Shown here: positions 1 through 16,142 of the stretch, one piece after another | How positions within the stretch are numbered: position 1 is the first letter of the stretch | Layout of the letters: each line of letters starts with the position of its first letter | Source of the DNA: Octopus vulgaris | Taxonomy: Eukaryota | Length of the DNA: 64,000 nucleotides | Direction of reading: 5' to 3' | NCBI GenBank assembly: GCA_951406725.2 | Contig: OX597814.1 | Coordinates: 64,294,001-64,358,000, forward strand | Translations under genes and position numbers: made by a program | The notes under the pieces: model-generated | The model's input: only the letters and a program-made list of their open reading frames with translations | Databases searched by the model: none | What the model was told of the DNA's origin: nothing

Positions 1-198
1 CATGACCAAAACACCAGGACTTACAAGTGTATATAACTTACAGAAAATAGCACTACTAGGTACCGCACATATCTTACGTAAAGTAAGTTTAATACATGTG
101 AAAATAAGAACATACAACAAACCACAGCACATAGCCAAGGCACACAGAGCTGCGATCGGTAGTGCAGTGAAAGCACGTGATAAAAATAAGACGACTGA
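1..198 (+). mobile_element. 3' end of R4/Dong-like (RLE endonuclease) non-LTR retrotransposon with 3' UTR, ending in (AAT)n
   Basis: Translation LQKIALLGTAHILRK matches the C-terminal motif of RLE-type non-LTR ORFs; a short UTR then an AAC/AAT microsatellite follow. Confidence 0.75.
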
Positions 199-494
<296 letters not shown>

Positions 495-1052
495 ACATGC
501 CCTGATGCAGTACCAGGCAGTGGCTCTCATGGCTTCTGATCTTAACTGATTGGAAGTGTTATCATGTACATTGTTTTGTCTTGGTATAAAAGATGGGCTA
601 CAGCAAATATTCTGCTCAATACCACAGATTTGCTTGTCAGTTGTTTGACCTTAACCAGTTGAGCATGTCCCTTAGTGGATGACGATATGTGCATCTCTGA
701 TCACGAGCAGAAGTAGTGGGGGAGCATCATAGCCATGTGTTGAGAAGGATTCTTTGGGGTTTGAATAATTCACCTCTGGAAACATGGGTGTTTCGTTCAA
801 CGTCCTTAAACAACCCTTATTCAGAGACCTTTTGAGCGGGATTTGGTACTCGATCTGAAGAAAATTCTAACTGGGCCCCACCTGCAAGGTCATGTGCTGT
901 TTATCTTGATATGAGATCACCATGTCGCGCACATATGGTTGTGATGCATGTGCCTGGTGTACCCTTATCAGACGGGTAGTCATGATGGGTATACTGGGCT
1001 TCGTATATTTTACCCCAGTGTCACTTTGATGGCATGCTCTGCTCGCTCACTC
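495..1052 (+). mobile_element. 558-bp non-coding element X embedded in (AAT)n, copy 1
   Basis: Same length as 2671-3228 with about 16 substitutions by eye; (AAT)n on both sides; no ORF. Confidence 0.8.
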
Positions 1053-2224
<1,172 letters not shown>

Positions 2225-2358
2225 ATGATGATGATGATGATGATGATGACAACGACGACGACGACGACAGCAACAACAGCAACAACGACAGCAACAACAA
2301 CAACAACAACAGCAGCAACAACAACAGCAACAACAATAACAGCAACAATAACAATAAC

Positions 2359-2411
<53 letters not shown>

Positions 2412-2413
<2 letters not shown>

Positions 2414-2457
2414 TTTACCCCAGTGTCACTTTGATGTCATGCACTGCTCTCTCACTC
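2412..2457 (+). mobile_element. 3'-terminal 46-bp fragment of element X in (AAT)n
   Basis: attttaccccagtgtcactttgatg.catgcactgctctctcactc equals the 3' end of X. Confidence 0.85.
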
Positions 2458-2637
<180 letters not shown>

Positions 2638-2670
2638 AATAATAATAATAATAATATTAATAATAATAAT

Positions 2671-3228
2671 ACATGCCCTGATGCAGTACCAGGCAGTGGC
2701 TCTCATGGCTTCTGATCTTAACTGATTGGAAGTGTTATCATGTACATTGTTTTGTCTTGGTATAAAAGATGGGCTACAGCAAATATTCTGCTCAATACCA
2801 CAGATTTGCTTGTCAGTTGTTTGACCTTACCCAGTTGAGCATGTCCCTTAGTGGCTGACGATATGTGCATCTCTGATCACGAGCAGAAGTAGTGGGGGAG
2901 CATCATAGCCATGTGTTGAGAGGGATTCTTTGGGGTTTGAATAATTCACCTCTGGAAACATGGGTGGTTCTTTCAACATCCTTAAACAACCCTTATTCAG
3001 GGACCTTTTGAGAGGGATGGGCTACTCAACCTGAAGAAAATTCTAACTGGGCCCCACCTGCAAGGTCATGTGCTGTTTATCTTGATATGAGATCACCATG
3101 TCGCGCACATATGGTTGTGATGCATGTGCCTGGTGTACCCTTATCAGACGGGTAGTCATGATGGGTATATTGGGCTTCGTATATTTTACCCCAGTGTCAC
3201 TTTGATGGCATGCACTGCTCTCTCACTC
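2671..3228 (+). mobile_element. Element X, copy 2
   Basis: Near-identical to 495-1052. Confidence 0.8.
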
Positions 3229-3301
<73 letters not shown>

Positions 3302-3304
<3 letters not shown>

Positions 3305-3417
3305 GTTTCTGATCTTAACTGATTGGACGTTTTATCATGTACATTGTTTTGTCTTGGTATAAAAGATGGGCTACAGCAAATATCCTGCTCAATACCACAG
3401 ATTTGCTTGTCAGTTGT
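3302..3417 (+). mobile_element. Internal/5' fragment of element X, followed by (AAG)n at 3418-3526
   Basis: Matches about 529-644. Confidence 0.8.
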
Positions 3418-3526
3418 CAGAAGAAGAAGAAGAAGAAGAAGAAGAAGAAGAAGAAGAAGAAGAAGAAGAAGAAGAAGAAGAAGAAGAAGAAGAAGAAGAA
3501 GAAGAAGAAGAAGAAGAAGAAGAAGA

Positions 3527-3970
3527 ATTGGAGCATTGGGCATGATAGAAAGACATGAACGAAAACGTAGAAGCTATATTTTGATCCTCAACACTATACA
3601 CTGTCCAAAAAAAGCCCTGCTAGGAACAGCCCACACCCTACGCAAGACACTATGAATTCAATTATACAACCTAAACAAAATAACCCACAAACACAAAACA
3701 CACTCTACACAACAGTTATCCAGTGAAATACACTTGCACCAACAATCCAGAAAACCAAGGCATTACACATTCAACAAACAATATAAGCAGTGATACAGCA
3801 AAAGGCGGCACCTCACCTCAAAAGAAATAAACTAGCACAATACAATACCAACAAGAGTTTGCGCACTGTCAACAACAGGAAAGAGCACGCAATGTTGTAC
3901 ACACCCCAGCAACACGGTGGTGTAGCAGGTGATGCAGTAGAAATTTGCCTCAATCTACCAAATATTGAAC
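3527..3970 (+). mobile_element. R4/Dong-like 3' end and UTR (related to 1272-2224)
   Basis: IGALGMI..KKALLGTAHTLRKTL; UTR ends ctaccaaatattgaa as at about 2210-2225. Confidence 0.8.
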
Positions 3971-3991
3971 AATTATATAATAATAATAATA

Positions 3992-3993
<2 letters not shown>

Positions 3994-4053
<60 letters not shown>

Positions 4054-4985
4054 TTCTTTTATTAGCCACAAAGGTTCACATACAATATCATTAAAGGACA
4101 TGCAACAACATAAACGACAAAAATAGGACGATACAATGGGTTTTCTGCGTGTAAACAATATAAATAACAATTAATATTGAACAAATTACAACTCCCAATA
4201 AGGGAGGCGCTTTAAGGTCTTCGTGGAAAAACCCATAAAAGCCACGGGTGCCTGATCAGCAGGGCAAGAGCCCTTCTTTAATTCCTTTTTTACAGGTGCA
4301 CGCTCAGAATTGGTCTTTTCACACTGGATAATCTTCCAACATTCACCCACCTTTCAACAAACTTGCTACAAGGCAATACTTCCCTCTCCACCCTCATCTT
4401 CCTTTTCAAGTGAAACTTGAAAAAGTTGATGAGGGCTTGGCCAACGAAGAAAGTGTCTGTCTTTAACCTTTCAAACGGGCCCACCAGAATACCGCTTTCG
4501 CTACAGCCACTAGACAAATAGAAATTGGCTGCTCCTCCCGGCCAAAAGAGGACAGCGGGGCAATCTTCACAATGGATTCAGCTGATAGCCGGATCCGTCC
4601 TAAGTGCGACAACAGGTGTTCGATATAAACCCGCAGGTCAGCAATACTTGGACACTGGACTAGGGCGTGCAGAACGGTTTATCGCTCTGGGCGCACCTCG
4701 AGCAGGCCCGGCTGACGGCACTTCCATGCCTGTAGAGTTTATGTCGTACAAGCAGCACTCCTCGGTAGCACTGCCAGGCAAGGGATTTCTGGACGTTATC
4801 CATAGGTCCAGGCCCGAAAGTTCTCCGAAACAGACCGGTTAGTTGATCTTCATCCATTCCCAAAGTTTTCCCGAGAAATTCGCACTTTCCCTCTACTAGC
4901 CCTCTATAGAACGCTAGAGTGGAACCCTAAACTGACCTCATTGCCCGCCTGTCGGAGGGCTGTGAGCGCTTAACGGCACTCGAGG
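3994..4985 (-). mobile_element. Tx1/L1-like LINE 3' end with (AAT)n tail
   Basis: KSLAWQCYRGVLLVRHKLYRHG..CSRC (zf-RVT-like) and GQALINFFKFHLKRKMRVERE; (TAT)n on + at 3994-4050. Confidence 0.75.
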
Positions 4986-5945
4986 TGCCAAGCGCCCCTC
5001 CTCACTTTACTTCCCTACAATATGTTTTAACTCCAAAATGCCTCAACTTATTCATTTACACTCTGATGCATTCTTACCGAATACTCATGCCTTCATTCAA
5101 CTTTGATGGAAACTTTTCCTACCATGGATATTCTATTGTGTAACATCTACATGAATTTTACAGCGAGAAAGGGATACATTAGAGCAGTTGCATCAAACTC
5201 CCTCATTCACCAGACAGAAAGCAGAGAGCGAAGGTTGAATTGGCTTTGATGACTAAGTCCCAGTATAGGCACAATCCACTGATAGGAAGGAGAAAAAAAT
5301 TAGATATGTATATGTGTATATATGTTTCTCGATTTGTAATCATGTATATGTTTAGAGAACTTTAGTTCAACGTTTTGTATTTTGATCCAGAGAGGAAACA
5401 CTCTTAAGATTAAGTATCTCGGTGTACGAACAGGCAAGAACCACTTGTGTATATATGTTTTCTTTATTTTTTTACACTGCTTTTATTCTTAGTATTGTCG
5501 GGTTTTTTTTCTTTTTGTCGTTGAGCATTTCTAGTAGACATTGCGAAAGAAAATTTTCAAACCGGTAGTTGGGGACTAGTGGTGGTAGTGAGGATGGCTG
5601 AGTTGGGTAGTTGGGGTATGAGTAGTAGGGTAGTATATCAGTGGTGATGGTTAGCTGTTGTTAGTACTGGTAGTGGATACCGGTGGTGTAGCAAGGTAGA
5701 GGTGCTGCTACTGCTAACGATGATGATGGTGCTGGTGATGGGGTGGTAAAGATTATATCCTTGGTACAAGTATTTGCTGGGGTGGCGATGATGAGGAGGG
5801 GAAGAGGAGAAGAAAGAGGATGAGGAGGAAAAAGAGGAGGAGCAAGACTAAGAGCAGTAAAAAGGGGAGGAGGTAGAAAGAGTAGAGCGATTGTAGTAGG
5901 GAAATGATCCAAAGTGAATACAGATGATGATAGTCCTAATGCAGC

Positions 5946-5996
<51 letters not shown>

Positions 5997-5999
5997 GTA

Positions 6000-6036
<37 letters not shown>

Positions 6037-6209
6037 GTCTATTTATCTATGTGTGTGTGAGAGAGAGAGAGAATTATGTATATTACATATGTCTATATAT
6101 AAATATATATACAGAGAGAGAAGGTGAGAGAGAGAGTGGGGTGCAGGCGTGACTATATGGTAAGAAAGTTTCTTTCTAGCCACACAGTTCCGAGTTCAAT
6201 CCCACTGCC

Positions 6210-6960
6210 ACGGAAACCGCATAGTTACTTATTACTAATTTTCTTTCAATAAGCACGAATTGAGCGAATTGAGCCGAAGTGATCATGCGAGATATTCTTG
6301 TTAAATAACACCTACGTAATTATATCGTATCAAATGAAGAAGGATTTACTGGACAACAAATTATTTCGGTGCTACTATAGAACGATATCTACCATCCATT
6401 TTCTACCATCCATTTATGTCGTACAAGCAGCACTCCTCGGTAGCACTGCCAGGCAAGGGATTTCTGGAAGTTATCTACTATTAATATCTACTATTAATTT
6501 TCTAATTTAGTATAATATCTACCAACTGTTGATAGTATGAATCCTCTGGATTTAAAGGTTGATCACCACTCAACATTCGACCACAATTATATTTACGACA
6601 ACCAGCAAACTGAACCTCGTTAATCTTTATAGGACTTTTCTGTGTGCCAGTCGTTTGACCCCTTGTTTAGTGTGATATTAACACGCTGCAAACTTCACGA
6701 CGCATATTAAACCAGTCTGTAATAGTATTAGGCGACTTTCCGGATTTCGTGAATAAAATAGTACACTAATTCTAAAATTTCACCCACACTCAATCTTCCC
6801 ATGTAAATCGGTATAGTGGAAAAACTGACTTCTTTCCCGAACTGAGCGATATGCTTGGCACCCTTTTTTCGGACATTTCAATATTGGTCGGAATTCTCCC
6901 GTTCTATTCCTCCTACTTTTTTCTTGCGCTTGTGTTCAGTTTTTATGTCAAGGAGGTACA
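6210..6960 (-). mobile_element. Merlin/IS1595-like (ISXO2) transposase relic
   Basis: Minus strand 6541-6660 gives PIKINEVQFAGCRKYNCGRMLSGD, resembling the IDE..F.GRRKYNRGR motif; CPKKGC..RSVR..FF lies upstream. Confidence 0.6.
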
Positions 6961-7836
6961 CTTCCTACCTAGTCAATAAGATTGTGCTCTCTCAAAAAGG
7001 ACGCTACTTCATCTTCACTTGAAATTATTTTGTAAAAGTTTCTGGCCAGCATGGTGTGAACAACTAGATGGGCTAGAATTAACAGCTGAAGGCCGTAATT
7101 GGGTTGTTTGGTAGAGTGCATTGTCATTTAAAGTAGGTCGCAAATAGCAAGGTAGATATCATACTATAGTAAGTAGCACCATTATTTCTTTAATAATATA
7201 AAGTGATTTACCCAAAAGTCGTGATGGTCATGGCTAAAATAATTTTGATCATAGATTTGATTAAATCAGAGCGAACCTGTCTCCTAAACAACGACGGTTC
7301 CTCCTCAGAAAGCAGGTTCTATAAAATTCTTTCCTTGTCTAAGATTTTTCATGCAGCTGACATGCAATTATCCAAATAGATTATTAATCGTGTCGATTTC
7401 ATCAAACGCTGGATGGAGTTGAGAGCATGAAAATTCATAGACGCAGACTTTTATTTGGGCCAAATCAATAAAAGAAAAAAAGAATCCCAGAAATTTATCA
7501 TGGTCTGTATCGTCCAGAGACAATTATTAAACTTCATGAAAACTGAATGGGTTTGCGCCGGTCAGTTGGAAATCTTAGAATTTACATCTCTTCACGGCAT
7601 GAAGGTTCTTAATTTTTGGGCTTGCAGAGTTCGTCAGGAGGCGGGCTACAAAATGGTTGAAATTAAAACTGCATGATGGAACGAATATCTCGGCACAGTG
7701 AATTTGTTTCACTGGACATTATTCTTTTCTATTCATTCAATAACTGCCAAGAACGCGATTCAGTGTCTCATTTTCTCACCGTCTTCCATTACTCTCCGAA
7801 ACTCCCTCATTTTGTTTCTTTCTGTTTCTCGCCATA

Positions 7837-7911
<75 letters not shown>

Positions 7912-8493
7912 TTAGTGTCGCTTCTGCTTGGATTATCATGTCAACCATTCTACAATTATACGATGTTGCCGATTTATGCATTTTACACAAATATCAATCC
8001 AGATTGTTGGTTTTTGCAATTGTAACTCTAAAAGTACATATAAATATTCATTATGCAAACATATATATGTGTGTGTGTGTTATTATGAACGTATATGCAT
8101 ATAGAAACATACACACATATAGATATATGTTTGTATATGTATGTGTGCGTGCGTGTGAGTGTATATATATATATATACGTACACATATACTTAGGCACAA
8201 GCATATATATCACGGTTGCCTTGCTGATTCCTAAATAATTGGCACCATACGGTGACTCGACTCTTGCCAATTAAATATGCAGCAAAGGATCAAACTAGTT
8301 GCTTTTTCTTCGACACGGTTTTACTTTCTTTCGGTAAAGCAAAAAGTCATAAGATATTCTTGCCTGGAAAATGTGATCAAACACACACTTATACACGCAC
8401 ACAGGTATACATACACACATGCCCACACACAAACACACACACGCGCGCGAGCGCATACACACACACATGTATACATACACATGTGTACGTGTG

Positions 8494-8586
<93 letters not shown>

Positions 8587-10054
8587 TTGTCTATGTGCGT
8601 ATATCTATGAAATATGCAGAAACTATGGAAAGAATATGCTCGGATAGTTTTATCAATACATTTTCTAAAGAAAACAACTTTTTTCATTCATTTATGTATG
8701 CATATATTTATAGTATATACATATGCAGAATACATACGCACACAAACATATGTGGGTATGTGTATATATGTGTGTGTGTGTGTATACACACACACAAACA
8801 TGCGCGTATAAGTGTGTGTGTGTGTATGTCTAAGTGTGTGTTGTATATGTGTGGATAAGATCACTTTACTTTTTTTACGTCAGCAACTTTCTGTTAAATA
8901 CGGTTCTAAAATATTAAATCAAGTTTAGTTTTATACTCAAAAACTTCCCTCACGTAACTCACACATACAAACATCCCTACACCCAACCACCACCACCATC
9001 ACCACCACCACCACCACCACAAAAACCCCGTTAGATATACACATATACATGTATGCCTGCATACTTTCCTGTTTGAGTATGGACACGTTAGCGTGAGTTT
9101 CTTTCCGAATATGTGCACATGCGTTTGTTTGTCAGTGTGTTTGTCTGTTATGTGTTTATGTATGTTATCAGTTTTTTGTAGTCAAGTGTCTAAAAATTCT
9201 GATATAAGAAAATATGTAAATTCTATTTCTGTTGCTCCACCCTCTATTTAAGTATTTATTTTAAAAACTGCCTAATTAATTTTTCTTGTCATCACCTACC
9301 TTTGACAGCAATTGTTTGCATACCACCTACAGCGATGAAAGCTAGCCGATGTCTTCTGTCGCTTGACCTGCTAGAAATAGCAGCCAAATTTTCTCCAACT
9401 CGGCCTTGAGGAAGTAAAACGAAGTCGGAGATATTCGAACAGACAAGTTAGTCATATCTGGAATGCCTTAAATAACAAATTTTCTCAGTTTAACATTATC
9501 AACAGCACTTACGACAGTATCGGCAGTAACAAAATGACAGAGCTTCTACCAGGTTGCTCCATATGACAGAAGTAGCAAGGAAAATTTCCTTATAGACATC
9601 CTTGGCCAATGGAGTCCAAGATGTACTATGACAGAAAATATACGTAACCTTCGCTGGCTGAGTTGTTACCATCGTAGGTCTTCTTAATTGCAGTTGACTA
9701 AACGTCGACTTGGCTCGCAATGCCAGCAGCAACAACAGCAGCAGAAATTGCTACAGCAATAACAGTACTGTCGACAACGAACGTTAAAACACTTGAGGGG
9801 GTACCTTAACACGCACGCACACATATAAAGACACATATAAAACACACACACACACACACACACACACAAAACACACATATAGAGCAGATAAGAACTATTA
9901 TAACCAGCAAACAAGGGGTCTCAACGCGGTTATTCGACATGATAAGTGCAAAATAATCCTCTCCCCTTTCCTATACATCATGTTCGGAATAACACTCAAC
10001 ATGCATATATGCATGCATACATACATACATACATACATACATACATACATACAT

Positions 10055-10104
<50 letters not shown>

Positions 10105-10463
10105 GTAAAGTTTTGTGACTGAATTTGGTAGATGGAAACTGAAAGAAGCACGTCGTATATGTACATATATATATATATATATATACATTGACAGAATGAG
10201 ATAAAATATCCGAGGCAGTAAATAGATTACATATCAATTATTCTTGATAAATGTTATAAAATCTATTTACTACTTTGGATTTTTTATCTCATCCTGTCAA
10301 TTTTTATGTACATGCATTCTAATATATGACCCACGCTGGACTCCTCACTCGTATCATTATCGAGCCTGGAGCTTAACCATGGTCTAGCCATAGCAGTTAC
10401 TTAGCGTTTACCCGATACCGTTTGGGTCTTCCTGACACCAATACCTTTTTCATACCCTTGAAG

Positions 10464-10527
<64 letters not shown>

Positions 10528-10799
10528 TGTATGTATGTACGTATGTATGTATGTATGTATGTATGCATGTATGTGTGTGCATGTATGTATTTGTGTGTCT
10601 GTCTTTGGTCCCCCCACTATCGCTTGACAACCGATGCTGGTATGTTTACGTCCCCGTAAATTAGCGGTTCGGCAAAATAGACTGATAGAATAAGTACTAG
10701 ACTTACAAAATATAAGTCCTGGGATCGATTAGTTCGACTAAAGCCAATCCTCCAGCATAGCCGCAGTCAAAATGACTGAAACAAGAAAATTTCTCAAGA

Positions 10800-10955
10800 A
10801 GGTTCTATCGGAAGCAACTGTCCTTCGTTACGCTTTCCGGCTGTATTACCAAACATGACCAACTGAGACTATGAGTATTATCCAACCATTTCCAACTTGG
10901 TCTACCCCCAAGGCCTCTTGCCGGTTGTTTCGGCTTTGAAGAATCCATCTTGCGA
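10800..10955 (-). mobile_element. RTE-like LINE C-terminal fragment
   Basis: GKRPWG*P..W pattern resembling G.RP.GRP..RW. Confidence 0.4.
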
Positions 10956-10959
10956 TTCT

Positions 10960-11290
10960 ACTCTGCGACATTCTAATGCTAAAACTGGCTGGGCACTCTG
11001 TCGGTTACGATGAGTGTTACAGTTAATTCGATCTACTAAACAGGCTGCTAGTGAAAGTAAAGTGCAAGTGGTTGAGTATTCCACAGACATGCGTGTCCTT
11101 GTCATAATTTCAGGGAGATTCAGCATGAGACACCGAATGTGACATGACTGACCCTTTGAACTATATGTACATGTCATACTTGACCCCGGAGCGGACTGGG
11201 GCAACGTAAATACAGTGTCTTGCTCAAGGACACAACGCGCTACTTACGATCGTGAACCGAGTACACTAAACACTGAGTCACGCGCCTTCA
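10960..11290 (-). mobile_element. tRNA-derived SINE, degenerate
   Basis: Minus-strand head gtgaaggcgcgtgactcagtgtttag... followed by CORE-like ttgagcaagacact. Confidence 0.6.
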
Positions 11291-12094
11291 CTATTAATAA
11301 TGCTCAAACCAATAAATAAAACTTAAAATTGAAAGCCCGCATGCATATTGACTTTCCTAATATTCTACCAGAAAAATTTTAAATGGTAAAAATAAAGACC
11401 TATGATTGTGCACAAGGCCTCGACTGATTTGAAGTTACGGTAAACCGACATTCCACGCAATGAGATTAAACACGTAATTTAATTATTGCGATGTGTATTT
11501 TTTAATCATTCAACCTTTATAGGTCCATCAAATAGTTCAGAACTATGTAGCAGTGGATACTATCCACTGATTAAATGTTTAGGGATTGACTGTATTCATA
11601 AGCAGCACGTCTAATGTGGATTTTTTTTCTGTCGTGTCTTCAGGATTGCTTTTAGAAACAGTCAGATGTTTTCCTAATCAGAAACTATTGTTGAATAAAA
11701 ACGTTCGCTTCAGTTTTTTTTCTGATCTAGACAATATTCGTGAAAGGACAGAAAAACACTTTTAATGAGATGTTATGAATACTTTTAAGTAGCGAGATCA
11801 AAGAGAAACATCATTGAAATCCAAAACCTCTGAAGGAGACTTACACAGTTCGTGGTAACGATCAGTGGCGATCATTCAGTTCAATGAGCTGTATAACATA
11901 ATATGAGGTAGTATTTATAAACTATAAGTAACCAACCATATATATTGGATATTCATCTGAATCTATGTAAAAAAATAACTTTTTAAAAAAGTTCGGAGTC
12001 GTTTAAAGAAGAAAAATATTAGAAAAACAACTTCAGAAGAGTTCAAATTGTCACAGTATTCCAATTCGAGTTGCTGGTGCCAGCGTCTCTCTCT

Positions 12095-12136
<42 letters not shown>

Positions 12137-12319
12137 ATATATATATATATATACATATTATGTATGTATGTATGTATGCATGTATGTATGTATGTATGTA
12201 TGTATGTATGTATGTATGTATGTACGTACGTATGTATGTATGTATGTATGTATGTATGTATGTATGTATGTATGTATGTACATATGTGTATATATATATA
12301 TATATTGTGTATATATATT

Positions 12320-12730
12320 CGTTTACTTGTTTCAGTCATTGACCGGGGCACGCCTTGCAGGGTTTTAGTCGAACAGATCGACCCCAGACTTATTTTTTAA
12401 AGCCTAATATTTATTCTATTCTGTCGGTTATCTTTTGCTGAAGCTCTACTTTACGATGATATAAACTCACCAACGCCGGTTGTCAAGCGGTTATGGTGGG
12501 GAGGGGGTGGGGGACAAACACAGCCACAAAGGCACATACACATAAACATATACATTCATATATACGTTGGGCCTCTTTCAGTTTTCGTCTACCATATCCA
12601 CTCACAAGGCTTTGGTCGGCCCGAGGCTATAGCAGAAGACAGTTGACCAAGGTTCCACGCAGTGGGACTGAACCTGGAGCCATGTGGTTAGGAAGCAAGC
12701 TTCTTACCACAAAGCTACGCATGCGCCTAC
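12320..12730 (-). mobile_element. Bipartite tRNA-derived SINE family A
   Basis: Reverse complement of 13588-13954. Confidence 0.85.
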
Positions 12731-12789
<59 letters not shown>

Positions 12790-12793
<4 letters not shown>

Positions 12794-13043
12794 AAATGCG
12801 CCCTATTTTAAAGCCTAGCCAGGCTCATGGGCCCGGTTTCCCGGTTTCTAAAGCGTATGTATTCCCCAGCTAGACGGGACACCAGTCCATTGCAGAGTTA
12901 CTCATTTTTGCCAGCTGAGTGGACTGGAGCAACGTGAAATGAAGTGTTTTGCTCAAGAACACAACGCGTTGCCTGGTCCAGGAATCGAAACCACAATCTT
13001 ACGATCATGATGCTGATACCCTAAACACTAAGCCACGCGCATT

Positions 13044-13046
<3 letters not shown>
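12790..13046 (-). mobile_element. tRNA-derived CORE-like SINE family C
   Basis: Minus-strand A box tggcttagtg and B box ggtttcgattcc, then ttgagcaaaacact. Confidence 0.75.
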
Positions 13047-13093
<47 letters not shown>

Positions 13094-13587
13094 CACGCAC
13101 ATATGAACTTACATACGTGCACATACATATATAGGCTGCGTGTCTTTGTATATACATTTTATCGTTTGAAGCTGTTAAATTTGTTCCACTTTGTAAGATT
13201 TACTTTCTACAACATTCGACCCGAGCTGGACAATAAATATAGGCCAACCAAAAATGAGGACACGCCTACCATTATCGCCAAAAGATCCTCCAATTGCTAC
13301 CTTATCTGAAGGTGTCGTGTGTTAACCATACCAACATGGACTAGACTAATAAAGAATGAAGTAACAACAAAATAAAGATTACCATCTTACGATCGCTACC
13401 ACAAACGGTCATTTATAGAACAACATTAAAGTAGCAACCAAATTCATCTAAAACCGATCAGATGTTATTTTGGATGACAAACAAAATTTGGTCTGCTGTG
13501 GAACTTTCCCGGAGAAACAAAAGCTAAAGTACATATCATGCACTGCTACACAAACCAGTCATTCATACATACATTTATCTATACATA

Positions 13588-13954
13588 GGCGCAGGAGTGG
13601 CTGTGTGGTAAGTAGCTTGCTTACCGACCACATGGTTCAGGGTTCATTCCCACTGCGTGGCACCTTGGGCAATTGTCTTCTACTATAGCCTCGAGCCGAC
13701 CAAAGCCTTGTGAGTGGATTTGGTAGACGGAAACTGAAAGAAACCTGTCGTATATACGTATATGTGTGTGTTTTTGTGTTTGGGTTTGTCCCCCAATATC
13801 GCTTGACAACCGATGGTGGTGTGTTTACGTCCCCGTAACTTAGCGGTTCGGCAAGAGACTAGGCTTCCAAAGAATAAGTCCTGGGGTCGATTTGCTCGAC
13901 TAAAGGCGGTGCTGCAGCATGGCCACAGTCAAATGACTGAAACAAGTAAAAGAG
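13588..13954 (+). mobile_element. Full-length bipartite tRNA-derived SINE family A (most abundant; more copies or halves at about 10595, 14710, 26400, 33140, 33500, 34042, 41315, 45200, 46850, 49025, 49625, 58140, 60270, 63045)
   Basis: A box TGGCTGTGTGG, B box GGTTCATTCCC, ccttgggcaa core, internal TA/TG microsatellite, 3' domain ending gactgaaacaagtaaaaga. Confidence 0.9.
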
Positions 13955-14263
13955 ATGCGCTAAAGAGAAAGAGATATACACACACTTATAACTCAGCTTT
14001 GAGCGCATTGCTTCTTATATAACAAACAGCCGTAAGCTAATGAGGTTGGATATGTTATTCCTGCTCCCTTGTCGTTCAGTACTTTATGTATGTGTGTATG
14101 TATGTATGCATGTATGCATGTATGTATGTATGCATGCATGTATGTATGTATGCATGTATGTATCTATGCATGTATGTATTTATGCAAGTATGTGTGTGTA
14201 TGTGCGTGTGGTAATGTACTCGTACGTACACAGCAAGATTTTCTTAATCTTTCATATGTGAAG

Positions 14264-14705
<442 letters not shown>

Positions 14706-14904
14706 CTCTCAGTTTCTGTCGACCAAATCCACTCACAAGGCTTTGGTCGGCCCGATGTTATAGTAGAAGACACTTGCCCAAGGTGCCATGCAGTGGGACT
14801 GAAACCGGAACCATGTGGTTGGTAAGCAAGCTACTTACTACACAGCCACTCCTGCTGATGAGGAAAAGTACAAATAAACATGCATATATGTGTATGTACG
14901 TATG

Positions 14905-14959
<55 letters not shown>

Positions 14960-15093
14960 ATCAATCTGTCTACCTATATATATATAATGTCTTTCATTTA
15001 TATCATTTGATATCCTATCACCTATGCTACTAGCTGGCATATACAGGTGCTTACATTTATCAAGTATTCACCCTGAATTTATTGTACCTACCT

Positions 15094-15127
<34 letters not shown>

Positions 15128-16111
15128 AATAAAAAATGGAGTTAACGCAGGTTTAAACAAGTATTTTTACTTTCGACACATGTTTCGAAAATTCCACTGA
15201 TACTATTCAAAAGAATAAATGGTATAAACAATGGAGAAACAAATTCATTGAACGAAATGAATTTGTTTCTCCATTTTCTTATTTGTATTATGAATTTACA
15301 GTAAAAATATTTTTTACCTTCACCCATTTAAAATAATAAATGAATTAATTGCAATACAATTAAAAGCATTTATGTATTAAGAAGTTGGGTACTTTACCAG
15401 CAGTATATTGGATAACTGATATCCCATAGTGGGTTACATTCATAACCCCTATCTTACTTTGTACTATGTGTGTGTGTGTGCGTGTATAAATAAATACATA
15501 CAATATATATATATACACACACACATACATATATATGTATGTATGTATGCATTTGTGTATGCATGTATGTATATATATGTAGGGCAACCGAGTATGTGGC
15601 TGATCAAAATAAGCGCTAACACACTAACCCGGAAGAAAGTATATATATCCATATATGGTACATATAGGTAAGCACAAATACACAGACATTTAGGGCAGAG
15701 ACAGAGAATAGAAATAGAAGCAAAATGAAACCAGTAACTTGATAATGTTGTCTCTGAACAGGAACTGACGTCAATCGTTAGGTCGTTGGTTACGCCATGG
15801 GAAACCATAAATTTCCTTAATTTTATGCAGCCACAGTGAATAGGAGCAAAACACTTCAGTCTTCGAACTGCAAACAGAAGAAACAAAAACTTTCTTCTTT
15901 CATGTTCCTCATTAAATGCATACATACATACATACATTCGATATATACATATGTATTTGTATGTCAGTATGATTTTTTGTGTGCGCGTGTGTTTGTGTGT
16001 GTATGTACTTTTAAGTATGTATGTATATATATGTATGTGTGTGTGTTGGTGATGTCCCTACTTGATGTATTTTATATTTATTTATATACATATATATATG
16101 TATGTATATGC

Positions 16112-16142
<31 letters not shown>

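Noticed and set aside
15765-15810. TGACGTCA (CRE site) next to an X-box-like sequence
   Set aside because: A single short motif is expected by chance in 64 kb, and there is no linked gene
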